Shown here piece after piece: positions 1-13,905 of a stretch of DNA of 64,000 nt; position 1 is the first letter of the stretch, and each line of letters begins with the position of its first letter. This stretch comes from Camelus dromedarius (Eukaryota). Location of the stretch: positions 78,618,001 through 78,682,000 of the forward strand of contig NC_087437.1 in the NCBI RefSeq assembly GCF_036321535.1. Direction: 5' to 3'. The notes beneath the pieces are model-generated. The model worked only from the letters and a program-made list of their open reading frames with translations. It was not told where the DNA came from and made no database searches. The position numbers and the translations under genes were made by a program.

Positions 1-162
1 AATAGTAGAAAATTCAGAAAATGTTATGGTGATGAGATACATAAGATTGGTATATGTCTTGATTACATTTTGTGTAAAATACTTGAGAAATTTTACTCCC
101 TAAAATCCTTAAGATGTACCATTAAGGTTGAAAACGTATGCTAAAAATGGCTAAGTTAATAT

Positions 163-588
163 TGCAAGTTGGGTTTTACAGAAACAGACACAGAAGTAAG
201 AGTTGGGTTACAAGATACAAGGAATACAAGGTATACAAGGAATCAACAACTATGAAAGTAAGGTAGAAAAAACAGGATCGGCCTGAGATAGAAATATAAC
301 TAGGATTAGTTTCAGCCAATCCAGTGTGGCACACTAAACCAAAATTGCCTATCAGACTTCTTCTGTATTAGACTGAAATGACAAGCCTTTTTTAGCTCCA
401 CTTTGCACAGCTGGTTCAGGTCATCTTGGGAAGGGTATGGCACTGGGTGAAGTGGCTCTCCACTGCTGAAACATATAATAAAGAAACTGACCCCTGGAGG
501 CTGTCTGCTAACCACACTCCCTGCAGGTGGGTAGCAAGTCCTTTCAGGATGGGCATCTGGATGTCACCTTTCTATGTCTATCCCACTT
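163..588 (-). mobile_element. ERVL solo LTR, LTR33-like
   Basis: Follows the recalled reverse-complement LTR33 pattern: gaaacagac..., gaatcaacaactatgaa, gggtatggcactgggtgaagtggctctc, ggaggctgtctgctaaccacactccctgcag, ggcatctgg. Confidence 0.7.
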
Positions 589-764
589 CATATCTGGTTC
601 CCCAATCAAGTGACAAAAACAATCCCATACTCTGGAATAATTTGACCCCTTCTTATGTATTGTAAACAGTTATAGGTGCCACTATTCAGAGGAAAATCAA
701 CACTCTGACAGCATATAAAGAAGGGCCACCAATATGGAGGAGAGTGGCCTTATCACTTGGCATT

Positions 765-1010
765 TTTCAGCTGCAATTACTGAAACAAATAATTCAACTC
801 AAGTTGTCTTAAACCATAATCAAATGTATTCATTCACATAACAGAACAGCTAGAGGTAAATTGGGTTTCAAGATTGGGTAAGATGTGTCACTCACTTATG
901 TCTTCAAGGATCCAACTTTGTTTTTCACAACTCTGCTTTAAAAAAAAAAAAATTTGGTCCTCCATATCTACTTCATTCTAAGTCTCATTCTCATGATCAG
1001 TGTATATCTG
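765..1010 (-). mobile_element. Old MaLR LTR fragment (MLT1J/K/L-like)
   Basis: ttcagctgcaa...caactcaagttgtcttaaac...attcacataacagaacagctagaggta...tcaaggatcca; heavily decayed. Confidence 0.5.
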
Positions 1011-3512
1011 TCAGTAGAAGTTGGGGATGTATATATTTCTAACATATATCACTTTATGTGTAACTGTCCACAGTTTGGACATATAATTGTTCATGAATTC
1101 CTTTAACTACAGTAGATGAGCTTACCAGGATCATGCTTACTGTTACTACTAAGACTAATTCAGCAAACACATATAATTTGAGAGGAAAATAATTCATGTT
1201 GGAGATTCCACTCTAGCGTCCTCTCAGATTTGAGATATTTTTCTTATTAACAATGATTAAGGAATATCTAACATGAATTAAAGAAGATGAACCCTAACTT
1301 TGGAAGGAAGTGGAGACCACTGACATCTAATGTAAGGAACCTCCAGATCTAACATCATATGATTATATGATATTAGTTGAGACCTCTTTTTTTTTAAGTG
1401 TAGGTAAGTAAAGGAAGATATGTGACTACTGATGTGAACACTCCTGTTCAGTTAGCTGTCTATTGCTATTAGAGGTCTTTCCCTTAGTGTATATAACTTC
1501 TGATATAAAAATGTTCTTCTCCCAAAGATGATTTGTTGTCTTTGCAAGAATTTACTTTCATTTCAAAATTCAATAAACCTTTGATACCTTATTAATCAGA
1601 CAGAATTATCTGATTATTTATTTTGATGCACAAAGCTTGGTTATTTTTAATAGTTATTTTATTTTAGTATTCACAGAGCAACTCTTGGAGACCTATCAAA
1701 TAACATCTAAACTTGAATGGTTTTACTGTGATTGACATTTGGTGCTCATAATTATTAAACTGTGCTAAATTGAGCAAAAATACATGATAAGCAAATTCAC
1801 ATTTAGTTGGATCAAATTATTTTTCTCTATGAGGCTATTCATGTTATTTCAGTTATTTGACAAGGCCAAATCCCTTGCAGGAAAAGAATTAAGCTTACTC
1901 TTATTCAAAATAACAGAGAGAAAAGGCAAAAATATGAAGAAAACCAGCAGATGGAAATGGAGGACCATGACCAAACCTAATCAACATTTCCAAAACTAAT
2001 CCTTTTTTGTAAAACCTTTCTGAAGAAAAGTGATGCACTGTTATGCAGCTTCTACTAAAAGTATAATGGCCTAGACTTCACCCTTTGTTTTTTATCATTT
2101 CAAATTCAACAGCTCACTAACTTCTGTTTTTTACAGAAGGTGTATTTAGTAAAAAAGCAAAACATTATTATACTGTCAAGAATAATATAATTCATGGTTG
2201 AGATTTTTAAGACCAGTTTAATTTTTAAACATATTATTGTTGCTAACTAGAATGACGAAATTCAGTTACCTGTAAGGATACTCACTGTTAGGGTTTTCCT
2301 TTTGTTTCTAGCTACAACTGAGATTTGCCTTGTGCCTCCAAAATGCTACTCTGATGAAGCTTACTATAGTTAGCATCTAATTCAACCATGCTTGCATAAG
2401 AAGGCCTAACTGATTTAACTTCCAAAGCTGTTTACCATACATTTAAAAGTGAATACAGGAGGACTAGGTCAATATAAATGAAAATATTTTATTTAATAAT
2501 GCAGCTTCATTTCTGGTTATAACTTAGTACTGATTTGTTATAAATGTGTAAGGTATCATTTGGTCTTTGATAATGATCCCAGTAATTAATCTTTGATACA
2601 GAGTCTGAAATACTGAAGGTACTCTGACTGAATCAGGTATACACAATATTAGTATTAATATTAGTATTACACATTTTCCAGCTCTGTGAGTTTGTACAGA
2701 GAATAAATTCAATGGAAAAATTTCACCCGATGCCCAGAAATTCATTGCTATTAAGTTTTATTGTATAATATTTAATGTCTGGATTACATGTAAGACAATT
2801 ATTTAAGTAGCTTTTTTTTTTTCCTTTTTTAGTCCTATCCAAATGAAAGTACTTTATGTAAAAATAGGTGGCTTTTTGGAGAAGTACCAAGTTGACTATT
2901 TTTCCTGTATTTCTTCTTATAGTTTACAAATCTTATCATAAAATTTCCCATGAACATTTATTCCTGAATTTAAAATAAAGTCAAATTCTCTCACAAGGTG
3001 AATTAGACCTATGAAAACTTGTCCCTAACTCACCAGCCCCTAAAATCTACTTCAAAATAAGTTCTTGTCATCTACCAGCCATTACAAATGCTATTCTTAA
3101 TTCATGAAATGTATCCCTAGCTCTCACTCCTTCTAATCCCTTACCAAGTTAAATTTCACTCAGTATATGGAAGTCTGTTTAGGTATATCCTTTTCCAAAA
3201 GATCTTCCTCAAGTATTTCATAATCATAGTAACACACACTTAATATGTCCCTAATGAATCTATATCTCCTTCCTTCCTCAGTCTCAGAATGTTTCTTTTC
3301 TACTCAAATTAATAACAGTAATTGTTGCCTTCATCTAACTATTGCTCAAATCAGAGTAAGGAAGACGGAGGCATCATCTACCATTAGCCTATCCAATCCA
3401 TCTCCAAAATATAGTTTAGATTTACTTCCTTCTTTCCTTTTTGTTGACAACATCTAATTCCAATGCTATCTGGAATTCTCTAAAAGCTTGTGATTGGCTG
3501 CTCCTTCCCTTC

Positions 3513-3901
3513 TGTGAGGGACTGAATTATTCCCCCTCACTTAATATGAGGAAGCTCTAATTCCCAATGTGACTGAAAATAGGGCTATTAAGGAGGCATT
3601 TAAAATCAAATGGGGTCATAACGGTGGGGCCCTAATCCAACAGCACTTAGTGTTCTTATGAGAAAAGTAAGACACCAAGAATGCGCAAACACAGAGGAAA
3701 AGGATACGGGAGGACTGAAGGCGAAAGCAGCTCTCTGCAAGCTAAAGAGAGAGGCCTCACGAGAAACCAGCCCTGCAGCAGTTGTTTTGGACTCCCTTGA
3801 TTTTAGACTCTCAGGCTGAAGAACTGTGAGAAAGTAAATTTTTGTTTTTAAGCCACCCAGTCAGTGTTATTTCATTATGGCAGCTCTAGCCAACTTAATA
3901 C
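3513..3901 (+). mobile_element. MaLR solo LTR (MLT1A/B-like)
   Basis: Starts TGT, with gggccctaatccaa, gagagaggcctca..gaaacc, gaactgtgagaaagtaaattt..ttaagccacccagt, and ends aatac; ~390 bp. Confidence 0.85.
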
Positions 3902-4380
3902 CTCCGATTTCATCTGTCTCCAATATAGCCTCTGCATAATGGTTGATGTTTTATATAAGCATTTACACATACATACAAATACATATATATATGTGTGTGT
4001 GTGTATGCAATTTGGATCAAACTATGCAATGGCTCTACATTGACTTAGGATGAAATAATAATTCTAACAATTCTTTATCATGGCCTACAATGCCTTGATA
4101 AAGAACTCCCTCTTTTCTCTAACTCCATTTTAAGTCTTTATCTCATTGTTTCTTCTCAATACATTGCGAAGTGGTCTTTTATTAACTATACCTACCAACT
4201 TTTTAGCCACCTGTGTGTTTTTGTGTGTGTGTGTGTGTCTTAATACCTCACCTGACTCAACTTTTTGGGGTCAAATTAAATATTTCTTCCTAGAGAGAAT
4301 ATCCATAGAACATCTTCCATACAATTCTTCTTCTTCTTTCCAATCTTTCTATATTTTACCTTTGAAATGATTCTAAATAT
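3902..4380 (+). mobile_element. L2 LINE remnant
   Basis: caatggctctacattgacttaggatgaaat...catggcctacaatgcctt is typical of the L2 3' region. Confidence 0.55.
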
Positions 4381-7094
4381 TTCATGGTTATATGTATTTT
4401 CTGTGTATATGTATATGTATGTGTGTTTGCACATGCACATATATTTCCCCTAATAGAAACAGTGTTGTTAGTGGCTCTGACATATTTAACATATGAGGGA
4501 AAGGATCCTGATCACCTTTCTTTCACTTAATTGGATCTGGGGTGGAATGAGTGGAAGATGAAAAATCCTCAATGTCATGGAAAAAAGAGTCAGAACACTG
4601 TCTCCATGGCATCTGAGTGCCACTTTTCCTTTAAACTCTTTTTGGGACTGACAATGTAGACAGTGAGATTTACACCAACTATTGCTGTAGCCAACATGAT
4701 TCTAACTCCAGAAATAGTGGATTTCTGGAGGACCACGTCATCTCAGTGCAACCCAGCCTATCCCTCAATAGCTCATCCAATGTTTGCTTCTCCACCCTAC
4801 TGACATGAAAGTTCTTTAGCAACTTTTTGAGACTGTAAAACAGATCTTTGAAAGATATGTCTGGCTTTGGTACACAGAAGGCCATGTCAGTGAATTTCTC
4901 ATTTGCCTAGACTTGGCAGTGTCTTAGAATGCAGAAATAATGTTCTAGATAGCAGAATCATCAAATCACAGTCTGTCAGAATGGCCATCTACTTTCTTTT
5001 GGATGGTAGTCATACATACACTATGGTCATGATACTGAAGTTGTCTTGGATATTCTTGTCTAAAAGAAACAAGCAATTATTAGTGTGGGAAACACTGCTG
5101 ACAATCTGGAAAGAGATAAGATACTTTCATGGCTCACTCCTATCACAAACAGGAAAACATCAGGAAAATAGAAACTGATAATGACACTTTTATTCCACAC
5201 CAATGAACTCCATATCATACTTAGCACTCTACTACTCTTCAGGCTAGTGAAATCTTAGTCCTGGAAAACAGGGACAGGCTTCCCACTGATTACAAGCTTC
5301 CTAGTCTCAGTCGGGATAGTATATTGAGCATATCGTAAGAGTAAATTATGTAGTTGAAGACAGTGAAGGAAGTGATAATGGTTAGAAGAGCTTCTGTGCT
5401 GGGATTGAAAATAGTCTTAGTGACCAGCTGCCCAAACCTGCCAAATCTTTTCCCTCTAATCGTCTTCATCATGCTTCAAGAATGTGGCACTACACAAGAA
5501 GGTATGACTATTTAATGAATTTTCAATGGACAGTATATTTACTTACCAGACTTCCTTCCTTGTTAGAGAAATTTCATAAGCTTAGAGGCCAGGTCTTTCA
5601 CAGAAGTATTTGTTAATAAACAATACAAATTTAAACATACACAACTGAGTTCAATGCTCTCATAGTGATGCATGGGAAGTCAAGGACTGAAGCAGTCACA
5701 TTTATCAAGAAGCATGTGCCAAGTCACTCAAAAAGAATAATTTTATATAGAGATAATTTTATTCTTATTTAAAATTTTAATATATATCACCTTATAACAA
5801 CTAAAATCTACATGATTCTTATTACTTAATGATTCTGAACACCAACTCCTTATATCACTCACCTGCTTTGGGGATATACATAATGCATGGTTAAGAAACA
5901 ATAGAAAAACATTCTCCCCTATGTTTTCAAAAATATCTTGAAGCTGTAAGTTTGTCTTTGGATTGTTTGATATTATCATTTTTAGGCAAGAAGCTTTCTA
6001 AATATAAAGGGAACTCTTATCTCATAAGCATGTAAAACATCTTTACAGAGGAATCATTAGATTAAAATGCCACACGAAAGAATATAGAGGGTCAGGTACA
6101 GAGGATAGCTTGGTGGGGAGGGGAATTCCTTTCTCATTTAATGTAGCTGCTTTCCCCTGCTAATAAATAGTGATCTGCATGAACGTTGAATGATCCTGTA
6201 GGAGTTATGTTGCATTCTGTAAAGGAAAGTGATAGGCTACTCCAATAAACTTTAGACTTGTTTTTCACTTAGACATTGTTTTTAAGAACAGAGTAAAAAG
6301 AAAATAATTCTGTTAAAAATGGAACTAGTGACTCATAATGCATTTCTTAAGAAGACACTTAATAAAATGTAGTCAAAGATTTTGAAAAAGATAGCCAATA
6401 ATTTAATAATTTCTCATGGTATAATGGTTCACTAATGTACACAAGTAATATAAAAGCTTTCAGTCTTAAGCAAAAATAAAACAATATCTCATTCATTTTG
6501 CTTAGTAACAAAAATTAGCTAAACTATGTACGGTTAGCTTATTATAACTGACTGGAACTCAGTCTCTGCTTGTCTATTTATACCAATAAAAGCCATTATA
6601 AAAAGAGGGATGTGATTATGTGGTAAAGGTAGACTTTAGGAAATGATTTCAAAGAGGTCTATGAAACATTCTTTTCTAGCAAGATTATATCATTAAGATA
6701 AGGCCAAATACGTACACAAAATTAGAATGTTCATAATTTTTTAAATACTTCCTTTTTTTAAAAAATTTACACAGCAGCTAACAGATAATGGTAAAGATTA
6801 TTTTGTGATGAATAATAAACAAATTTCCTTAGGGTGGTGGAGATAGTTTACATAAGTAAATTCTGTAAATATGAACTTTTACATAATGAAAAAGTCTTAC
6901 TTTATTTCTTTGTGCATTGAATACTGTATGTATTTATATGACCGCATAACTCAAAATGTTAAAAGGGAAATTCTCCTTGGAAAACTTTCTGGCAGTTATA
7001 TTTATTAAAATGTCACTCACTTCTCAATCAAAGAAGTCTTTTTCTAGTCTTATCTGTGTTGCTCTTCACCTCTCTATCCAGATTGTTTCATCCT

Positions 7095-7705
7095 TCCCAT
7101 CATTACTCAAGTCAAGGCCATCATATCTTATTTCACTAAAGCTGCTTAACACCTAATCTTGATCCCCAGTTCATAAACCTAGAATTACCTTGTTCACATT
7201 AATGCAAATCTGAGCATGTGTACACCTCTTATAAAGATCTCCAGCCCCTGCCCATTGCCCTAGGGTCAAATCCAAACATCTAACATGGGCCACTTAACCT
7301 AGCCTCTGATAACCTCTAAAGCCTTACCACATGGTTCTTTCCTCTTGTAACACTTGTAAAACTCATGTTTTCTCACCATCCATTGGCCTCTGATCTATAG
7401 TTTTGGAAGGCACTCTTCCTCCTGGCTGGAATTCTCTGCTAATTCTTCTGCTAAGCTCTGTTCAGACTTCAGCCATCAATTTAGCACTCCTTTCTCTAGG
7501 AAGAGACTTCATCCACGAAGACCTGGTGAGGTGCTCATTCTATGTTCTTCTACAGCATGAATATATGTCTGTTTGTTATATGTCTGAGTCCTCCTCAGTG
7601 TGTGAACTTCTTGGAGGCAGGCATTAGACCTTTCCTCTCCTTTCCCCACTAAAAAGAGCAGTGCTTAGAACATAGAAGTTCAGTGAATAGTTGTGGATTA
7701 ATGTG
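7095..7705 (+). mobile_element. L2 LINE 3' end
   Basis: aatgcaaatctgagcatgt, cccattgccctagggtcaaatccaaac, tgtgaacttcttggaggcaggg, cagtgcttagaacatagaagttcagtgaatagttgtggattaatg. Confidence 0.75.
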
Positions 7706-9944
7706 TTCTGAAGACCTGTAATAGTTTAACTTAATATGTATTTATATCATTATAATATACATGTCAATATTAGTATTTACTTACAGATATTTATAAAATA
7801 TATAGATTTTAGATATTTAATTAATTTTCTACATAATACTTTGAAAATGCCATATTAACTCTCATTTGTATGTATTATTTCTACTTATTTGCATCTGTCT
7901 CAAGAAACCTAAACTGATCATCTGGCTATAAGACCAAATGATGATAATGAGGCACTCATTTGCTTGAGTGATTATTAAAATGTCTCCAGTGAAAAACTTC
8001 AAGAAATACCAAAGAAGAAAGAGAGGGGAACAGAAATCAATACTTTTTCACTTTGTCAGTTTTAGCTTCTTCATGAAAAGAGGAAGTAGAGAAAATAAGT
8101 AGAAAATACTAATAGACTTTAGAAAGCATTAATCAAATATTTAAATCCAGGATAGGAGAGAGCCAAATGCATTTAAATAACCTAGGTCACATGACAATAT
8201 GCTATAGTAACACAAAAATTATTAACTTACCCAGTGAACCCCTTGTATTTAAGTGGAAAAACTGATGATGATCTGGTTTAATATGAGGATCTGAAAAGGA
8301 ATAAGGAAAACTGTGATATTTATTTCACCATATACAGGAAGCAATTTTCCTTGTCACTTATAAAATGACATTTTTATAATAAGGTCATATATTTTAATAG
8401 CACTTTGCAGTTTAGCAAATAAGCTTTCATACCCCTTATCCAAAAGGACAGATAGGAAAGCTGTGAATATTTGTGCATATTTAGAGTAATTTAATCCAGG
8501 CTTGTCTATATAAGCAAAACAGATTTTTGAGATAAAAGAAAATGTGAAATTATATTTTAATGATTATTTAATGCACGAATATTCTAATGAAAAGGTAGTT
8601 TCACAAATAGCTCTTTGAATATTGGCTGAATGTATTATATCACGGAATCTCTTTGAAAGGACTAGTATATAGTTTCAAACACAGGACAAATATATCCATC
8701 CAAAATATTTTATTACATCTAAAATTACTTTTGATATACCTGCTTAAAACTTTGAGCTATTTAAACATAAATGAATCACTGCAGATAGACAAAATTTTTA
8801 AGATGTCATGAATTTTAATATTTATAAAAAATTTGAAGTTAACATAAATAACCTAGGAAAACCATAAGAATAAAATCAATGTTGTTAGTTTCCTCAGCTA
8901 ATAAGACAATTGAAAATCAAGGTGTATAAATATTTAAAATTTTATTAAAAATTATTTTTAAATTATAAAATATATTTAAAATATTTTGAGTTGATTTACA
9001 CTGTTTAAACTGAAGAATTAGAAGGAAGGACTAAAACTCTGTTGAAAGTTTCTAAACCATGTGAAATGATAAATGCAAATGAGAGACTTAATGAGAGAAT
9101 TTCATTCTAGTCAATCCTAAAGAAGTATTTAGTATTTTATTAATAAGTTGGAATTTCTGGAAAAAAGCATTTTTCTGTATATAAAACTATAATATCTGCA
9201 GGTACAGTTAACTAAAACATTTCAGTGATACTTTAGTGACACAATTGGAAAGAGCTCAATATTAGATGATGAATAGTGTAGTAAACATATTACTTTATAA
9301 TAATTTTATGAAAATATTTTAACATTTTATTTATAATATGACATATAATTATAAATATATAGCATTAAAATATATAAAGATATATCTATTTTTTTCAATT
9401 AAAGGTATTCAATTACCTTTATTTCACTTTTTTTACCCCTACTTCTTATCTTTCAGCAAGTACTCTCAAGTCTGGCCTCTTCCAAACCATTAATAACAAT
9501 CCATTTTTGCTATTTCTAATATTCCCTCTTTAAAACACTTCCTACTTTAAAAACAGATCTCCTTTTGTCTCTACAATAGTTTTACAATTGTTCACCTTAA
9601 TGGCACTACTACTCCACTAAATCCATACTCTACAGAGCACACCTTGTCCTCATTAGAAAGTGTATGTCAGATTTTCTCTCACAAATAACAGACTGCATTA
9701 GTTCCCTCATTACATTTAATATTTTTTAAAATCCCTTATTCCAACTTACAAAACCATACACAATTTTTGTAAATAAATAATATTTTAATGTTTCCTCTTA
9801 TAAACTTTTAAATTTTTTCAAACATATTTTTGAACATACAATTATCAGAAGTGAAATAATGTTTTCTGCAGTCAAAATATAGAAGGCTTCATGAGGTCAG
9901 AATAATCCAAAGAATCTAAAGAAACCAGGAGAAGCATAAAATGT

Positions 9945-10180
9945 AACAGTATAGAACTTCAGATTAGACATCAAACATATTTTCAATAAACTCTGACACT
10001 TGGTTGCTTTTTTTAAAAAAATTATCTGTCCTATCTTAATCTAAATGCCTTTATCCTTAAAAATATCAATAGCAATAGATCTTACTTAAAAGTGTTGCTG
10101 TAACAATGAACTAAAAACATAGGTGTAAAAAGTTTATACCTCAAGTTATTAGTGATGTATAAATATTAGTTATTATTTTG
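9945..10180 (+). mobile_element. MIR SINE remnant
   Basis: Decayed MIR core and tail: cctttatccttaaaaat..aatagca..gtgttgctgtaacaatgaact..aaatattagtttattatt. Confidence 0.45.
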
Positions 10181-11306
10181 TAAAATGTAATTTACAGCTA
10201 CTTTTAGTTGAGAGTTTTAAAATTTTTACGTTATAGACAAAAAACTCAGGTGCAGTAAATCCCAAAGATTGATATTATTTATAACAATATTTTTTTCTCA
10301 TTTGATCATTGGTCTCTTTAAGAAGAATACTCATATACTAATAAACACATCCTTTCTCTTTGAGTCCTTTGAAAACGATGGTCAGGTTGGTGATGGTAGA
10401 TAACATATGAAATTGTGTTGCTGTTTCTCCCATACATTTATATCTGTCGATGCTTATTATCAAGCCATTATTTTTGTGCCTCATCCACATAGTCTCAATT
10501 TTCTAACTGTTCACTCTATTTTCAGACTGGACCCTAGCATATCATAATCAGGCTGTTGTATTCATACTCTTAACACACCATAACTGAATCAGTCTTGCTC
10601 AAAACTGTCTATTACCATTGTAAATGATTTATATTTGTTAAAAGAGTTTATTTCTTATCAAAAACTCACAAACATAATTTTTTCTGTCTTTCTAGCATTA
10701 TCTTTTACTTTTTCCCTAAAATGGATTCTATGTATTTAGATTTGATTAATCAATTTGGAAAGCACACAGCTCTCTATGTCTTCATCTCTTCTGTCTCCTT
10801 TCCACTCAGAATTTCTTACTCTATGACATTTCATGAATTTTTATGGATTCTATTTTATCTACTTAGGAAATTTAACACATTCCTTACAGCTCCAAGTTCT
10901 TCCATAATGTCCCTACCTTCATGACTTAAAAACTGATTCATCTGCATTCTTAAAATGACAAAACCCATCCTTCTGTATTCTTATGGTACTAAACTGTGTC
11001 ACGCTTAATAATATATTTTATATTGAGAACTACCTTGAGTTATGCATATATATTTGCATATACCTAATTGTTATTATATTATTTTACACTTTTTAAGGAA
11101 CAAACTAATCTATTGAATTATTTTATAATTGACATCTAGATGATAATATATAAAACATTGCTCACAGTAACCACATATTTAATATAAATTTTGTAAGATA
11201 TTTGGTACAGCATATGTATTTTAAATCAAATATTTTCAATAGCTGAAAGGCTGGAAAATACAATTCTTTAAGTATCTCTTAAGAATAATTAGGTAACTAT
11301 CTAGAA

Positions 11307-11511
11307 TAGAGCTGTCTACTAGACTCCTCTGTGATAAAGGCAATATTCTATATCTGTGATGTCCAATATGGTAGCCTCTAAGGTATTTTGCCTAAACACT
11401 TGAAATGTGGCTAGTGTGATTGAGAAACTAAAATTTTAATTTATTTAATTTTAATAAATTTAAATATACACAGCCACATGTAGCTGTTGATTACCATATT
11501 GGACAATGCAG
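11307..11511 (+). mobile_element. MER3 (hAT-Charlie MITE)
   Basis: Terminal inverted motifs (gctgtc.../...ggacaatgcag), internal tgtccaatatggtagcc and cacttgaaatgtggctagtgtga. The 8-bp ATCTAGAA occurs at 11299-11306 and 11517-11524, fitting the NTCTAGAN target consensus. Confidence 0.85.
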
Positions 11512-12684
11512 ATCAGATCTAGAAAGTCATGACAACTGTCTTAGGGGTCATTAAGTAATGCCAGGATAACACATGTGCTATTAAACATATTCTTTGACCG
11601 TTGTTATGAGTTAGCTATGATTATAATTAGTATGGGTGCCAATCTATTTTTTTCAAGGAGAGAATTCCATAAGCTTCTTTTGCTCCCCAAATTATATTTT
11701 GATTCACTTTTAAAATTTCATGTACAGTAAAATTCATCTGCTTTTGTATAAGAATCTGTGAGCTTTGATAAAGGCATACAATTGTGTAAACATCTACACA
11801 GCCAAGATATTGAATATTTCTGTCACTGTAAAAATTTTTCTCACATCCCTTTGTAATCAACTTCATATAGGCATTGTTATTGAATTCAGAAAACATTATT
11901 TCACTTCTGAGAATCAAGCGTTCAAAATTGTTGGGAAAAAATTTAAGACTTCCCAAAAGAACAAGAAAGACATCTTTGGAATTGATCATGAGGAAATATA
12001 AGAACATTGGCTAAATGATATCTGAGAGAGGCAGATAGAAACTGTTTAGAAAGTGTTACTGGCAAAGTACAAACCTCAAAGGAAGGGATGAATGATTTAT
12101 TTCACACAAGGGAATGTGTTGAAACAGTATAATGGAAAGGGAAAAGTTGCCTTTCAGAGCAGGCAGTGGATAATTGATGTATGCATTCATTTAGAATGAA
12201 TCTCTAGTGCTTACAGCAATTAAATAATGAAATAATAATGTATCTGTAAATTCCTTTATTAATGGCAGACTAATTATTTGCACAGAACTTACTTTAAAAG
12301 GCCCCAAATCAGAAAAAATTGTTTTAAAATTCTGCTTCAAGTCATTTTTAATTAATAGACCAGTGAAAAATTATTGGGCTAGGATCTAGAGGAGGTTGGA
12401 GACTTAGTAGAATATCCAGGTCATAGGAGCTACTGTTTTCCTGGACTTTTACCAATTCAGTAAGAATCAGCTGAATTATTAACCAATTAATAGAATTGGA
12501 GACAGTAATCAACACTTCGAAAGCTTCATGAGGCTACAAGCATCAGATATTGAAATCTATGTACTTGTAAATTATAGACAAACTCCATTAAAAATCTCTA
12601 TATTGGATTAAGATATATTGAAGGTGTGCCTTAGAAGTAAATATGAATTTTCTTACACCACAGACCCTCACAAACACTATCTCA

Positions 12685-13282
12685 ATTTGATGGTTCCTCA
12701 ACAAGTTAAACACAGAACTTCTATATGACCCAGTAATTCCACTCTTGGATATGCACAAGAACTGAGAAAAGGTATTCAAACAAATATTTGTACACAAATA
12801 TTGATAGCAGCATTAATCACAATAGCCAAGATGTAGACAAACATCTGTCATCTAATGGACATGTAAACAAAATGTAGTACATCCATACAGCGGGATGTTA
12901 TTCAGTCCACAAAATGAATAAAGCCTGATAGATACTGTAGTATGAATGAAGCTCAAAAACATTATGCCAAGTGAAGAAAGCCAGATGCAAAAGGTCACAT
13001 ACTACATGATTCCATTTATGTAAAATACCAAAGATAGTTAAATCCACAGAGTCAGAAAGCAGATTAGTGGTTGTCAGGGCTGGTGGTAAAGAGAGGTGGG
13101 GAGTTATTGTTCAATGGGCATGAGGTCTTCTTTGGGGGTGAGGAAATGTTTTAGAATTAGATACAGTAATAACTGCACAGCTCTGTGAATGCACTAGTAC
13201 TACTGAACTGTACATTTTAACATGGTTAATTTTATGCTGTATAAATTTCATCTCAATAAAAAAGAAAAACAAAAGCAAAAAA
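12685..13282 (+). mobile_element. L1 3' end (L1MB-like), 5'-truncated
   Basis: ORF2 C-terminal motif atatgacccagtaattccactcttgg, L1MB-type 3'UTR, ending catctcaataaa plus an A-rich tail. Confidence 0.85.
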
Positions 13283-13287
13283 GTAGG

Positions 13288-13905
13288 TAAAATTAAACAC
13301 GTGACTACTGTATAACCCAGAAATTGTACTCCTAGGCATTTAACCCCAGAGAAAGGAAAATCTTATGTTCACACAATATCTTATACACAAATGTTCATAT
13401 CAGCTTTAGTCACAATAACCCCAAACTAAAACTATCCAATGTTGTTCAATGGGTGACAGGCTAAACAAGCTGTGGTATATCTATACCATGGGACACTACT
13501 CAGCAATAAAAAGGAATAACCATTGATAGAAACAGTAGCCTAAATGAATCTCCAGAGAATTATGCTGACTGAAAAAAGCCAACTATTAATTTATGATTCC
13601 GTTTGTATAATATTTTATATGACTCCATTTATATAACAGATTAGTGGTATCTAGAGTTCAGGGATGGGGGTACAGGTTAGGAGGGATGTGGGGTGAGTAT
13701 AAAAAGACAATACAATATATTATTTTGTTGAATGAACTGTTCTGTTTTTATTGTTTCAATGTCAATATCTTGACTGTGATATTGTATAGTTTCACAAAAC
13801 ATTACCATTGTGGCAAATGCATAAAGTGTACATAGGATCGCTCTGTATGATTTCTTACAACCCCATGTAATTTTACAATTATCTCAAAATAGTAAGTTTA
13901 TTTTT
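13288..13905 (+). mobile_element. L1 3' end (L1MC-like), 5'-truncated
   Basis: tataacccagaaattgtactcctaggcattt, and an L1MC-type 3'UTR (gtcaatatcttgactgtgatattgta...gatttcttacaac...caattatctcaaaat). Confidence 0.8.

Noticed and set aside
8920..9400. Extremely AT-rich tracts as matrix-attachment or unwinding elements
   Set aside because: Composition alone is not evidence in a window that is AT-rich throughout.
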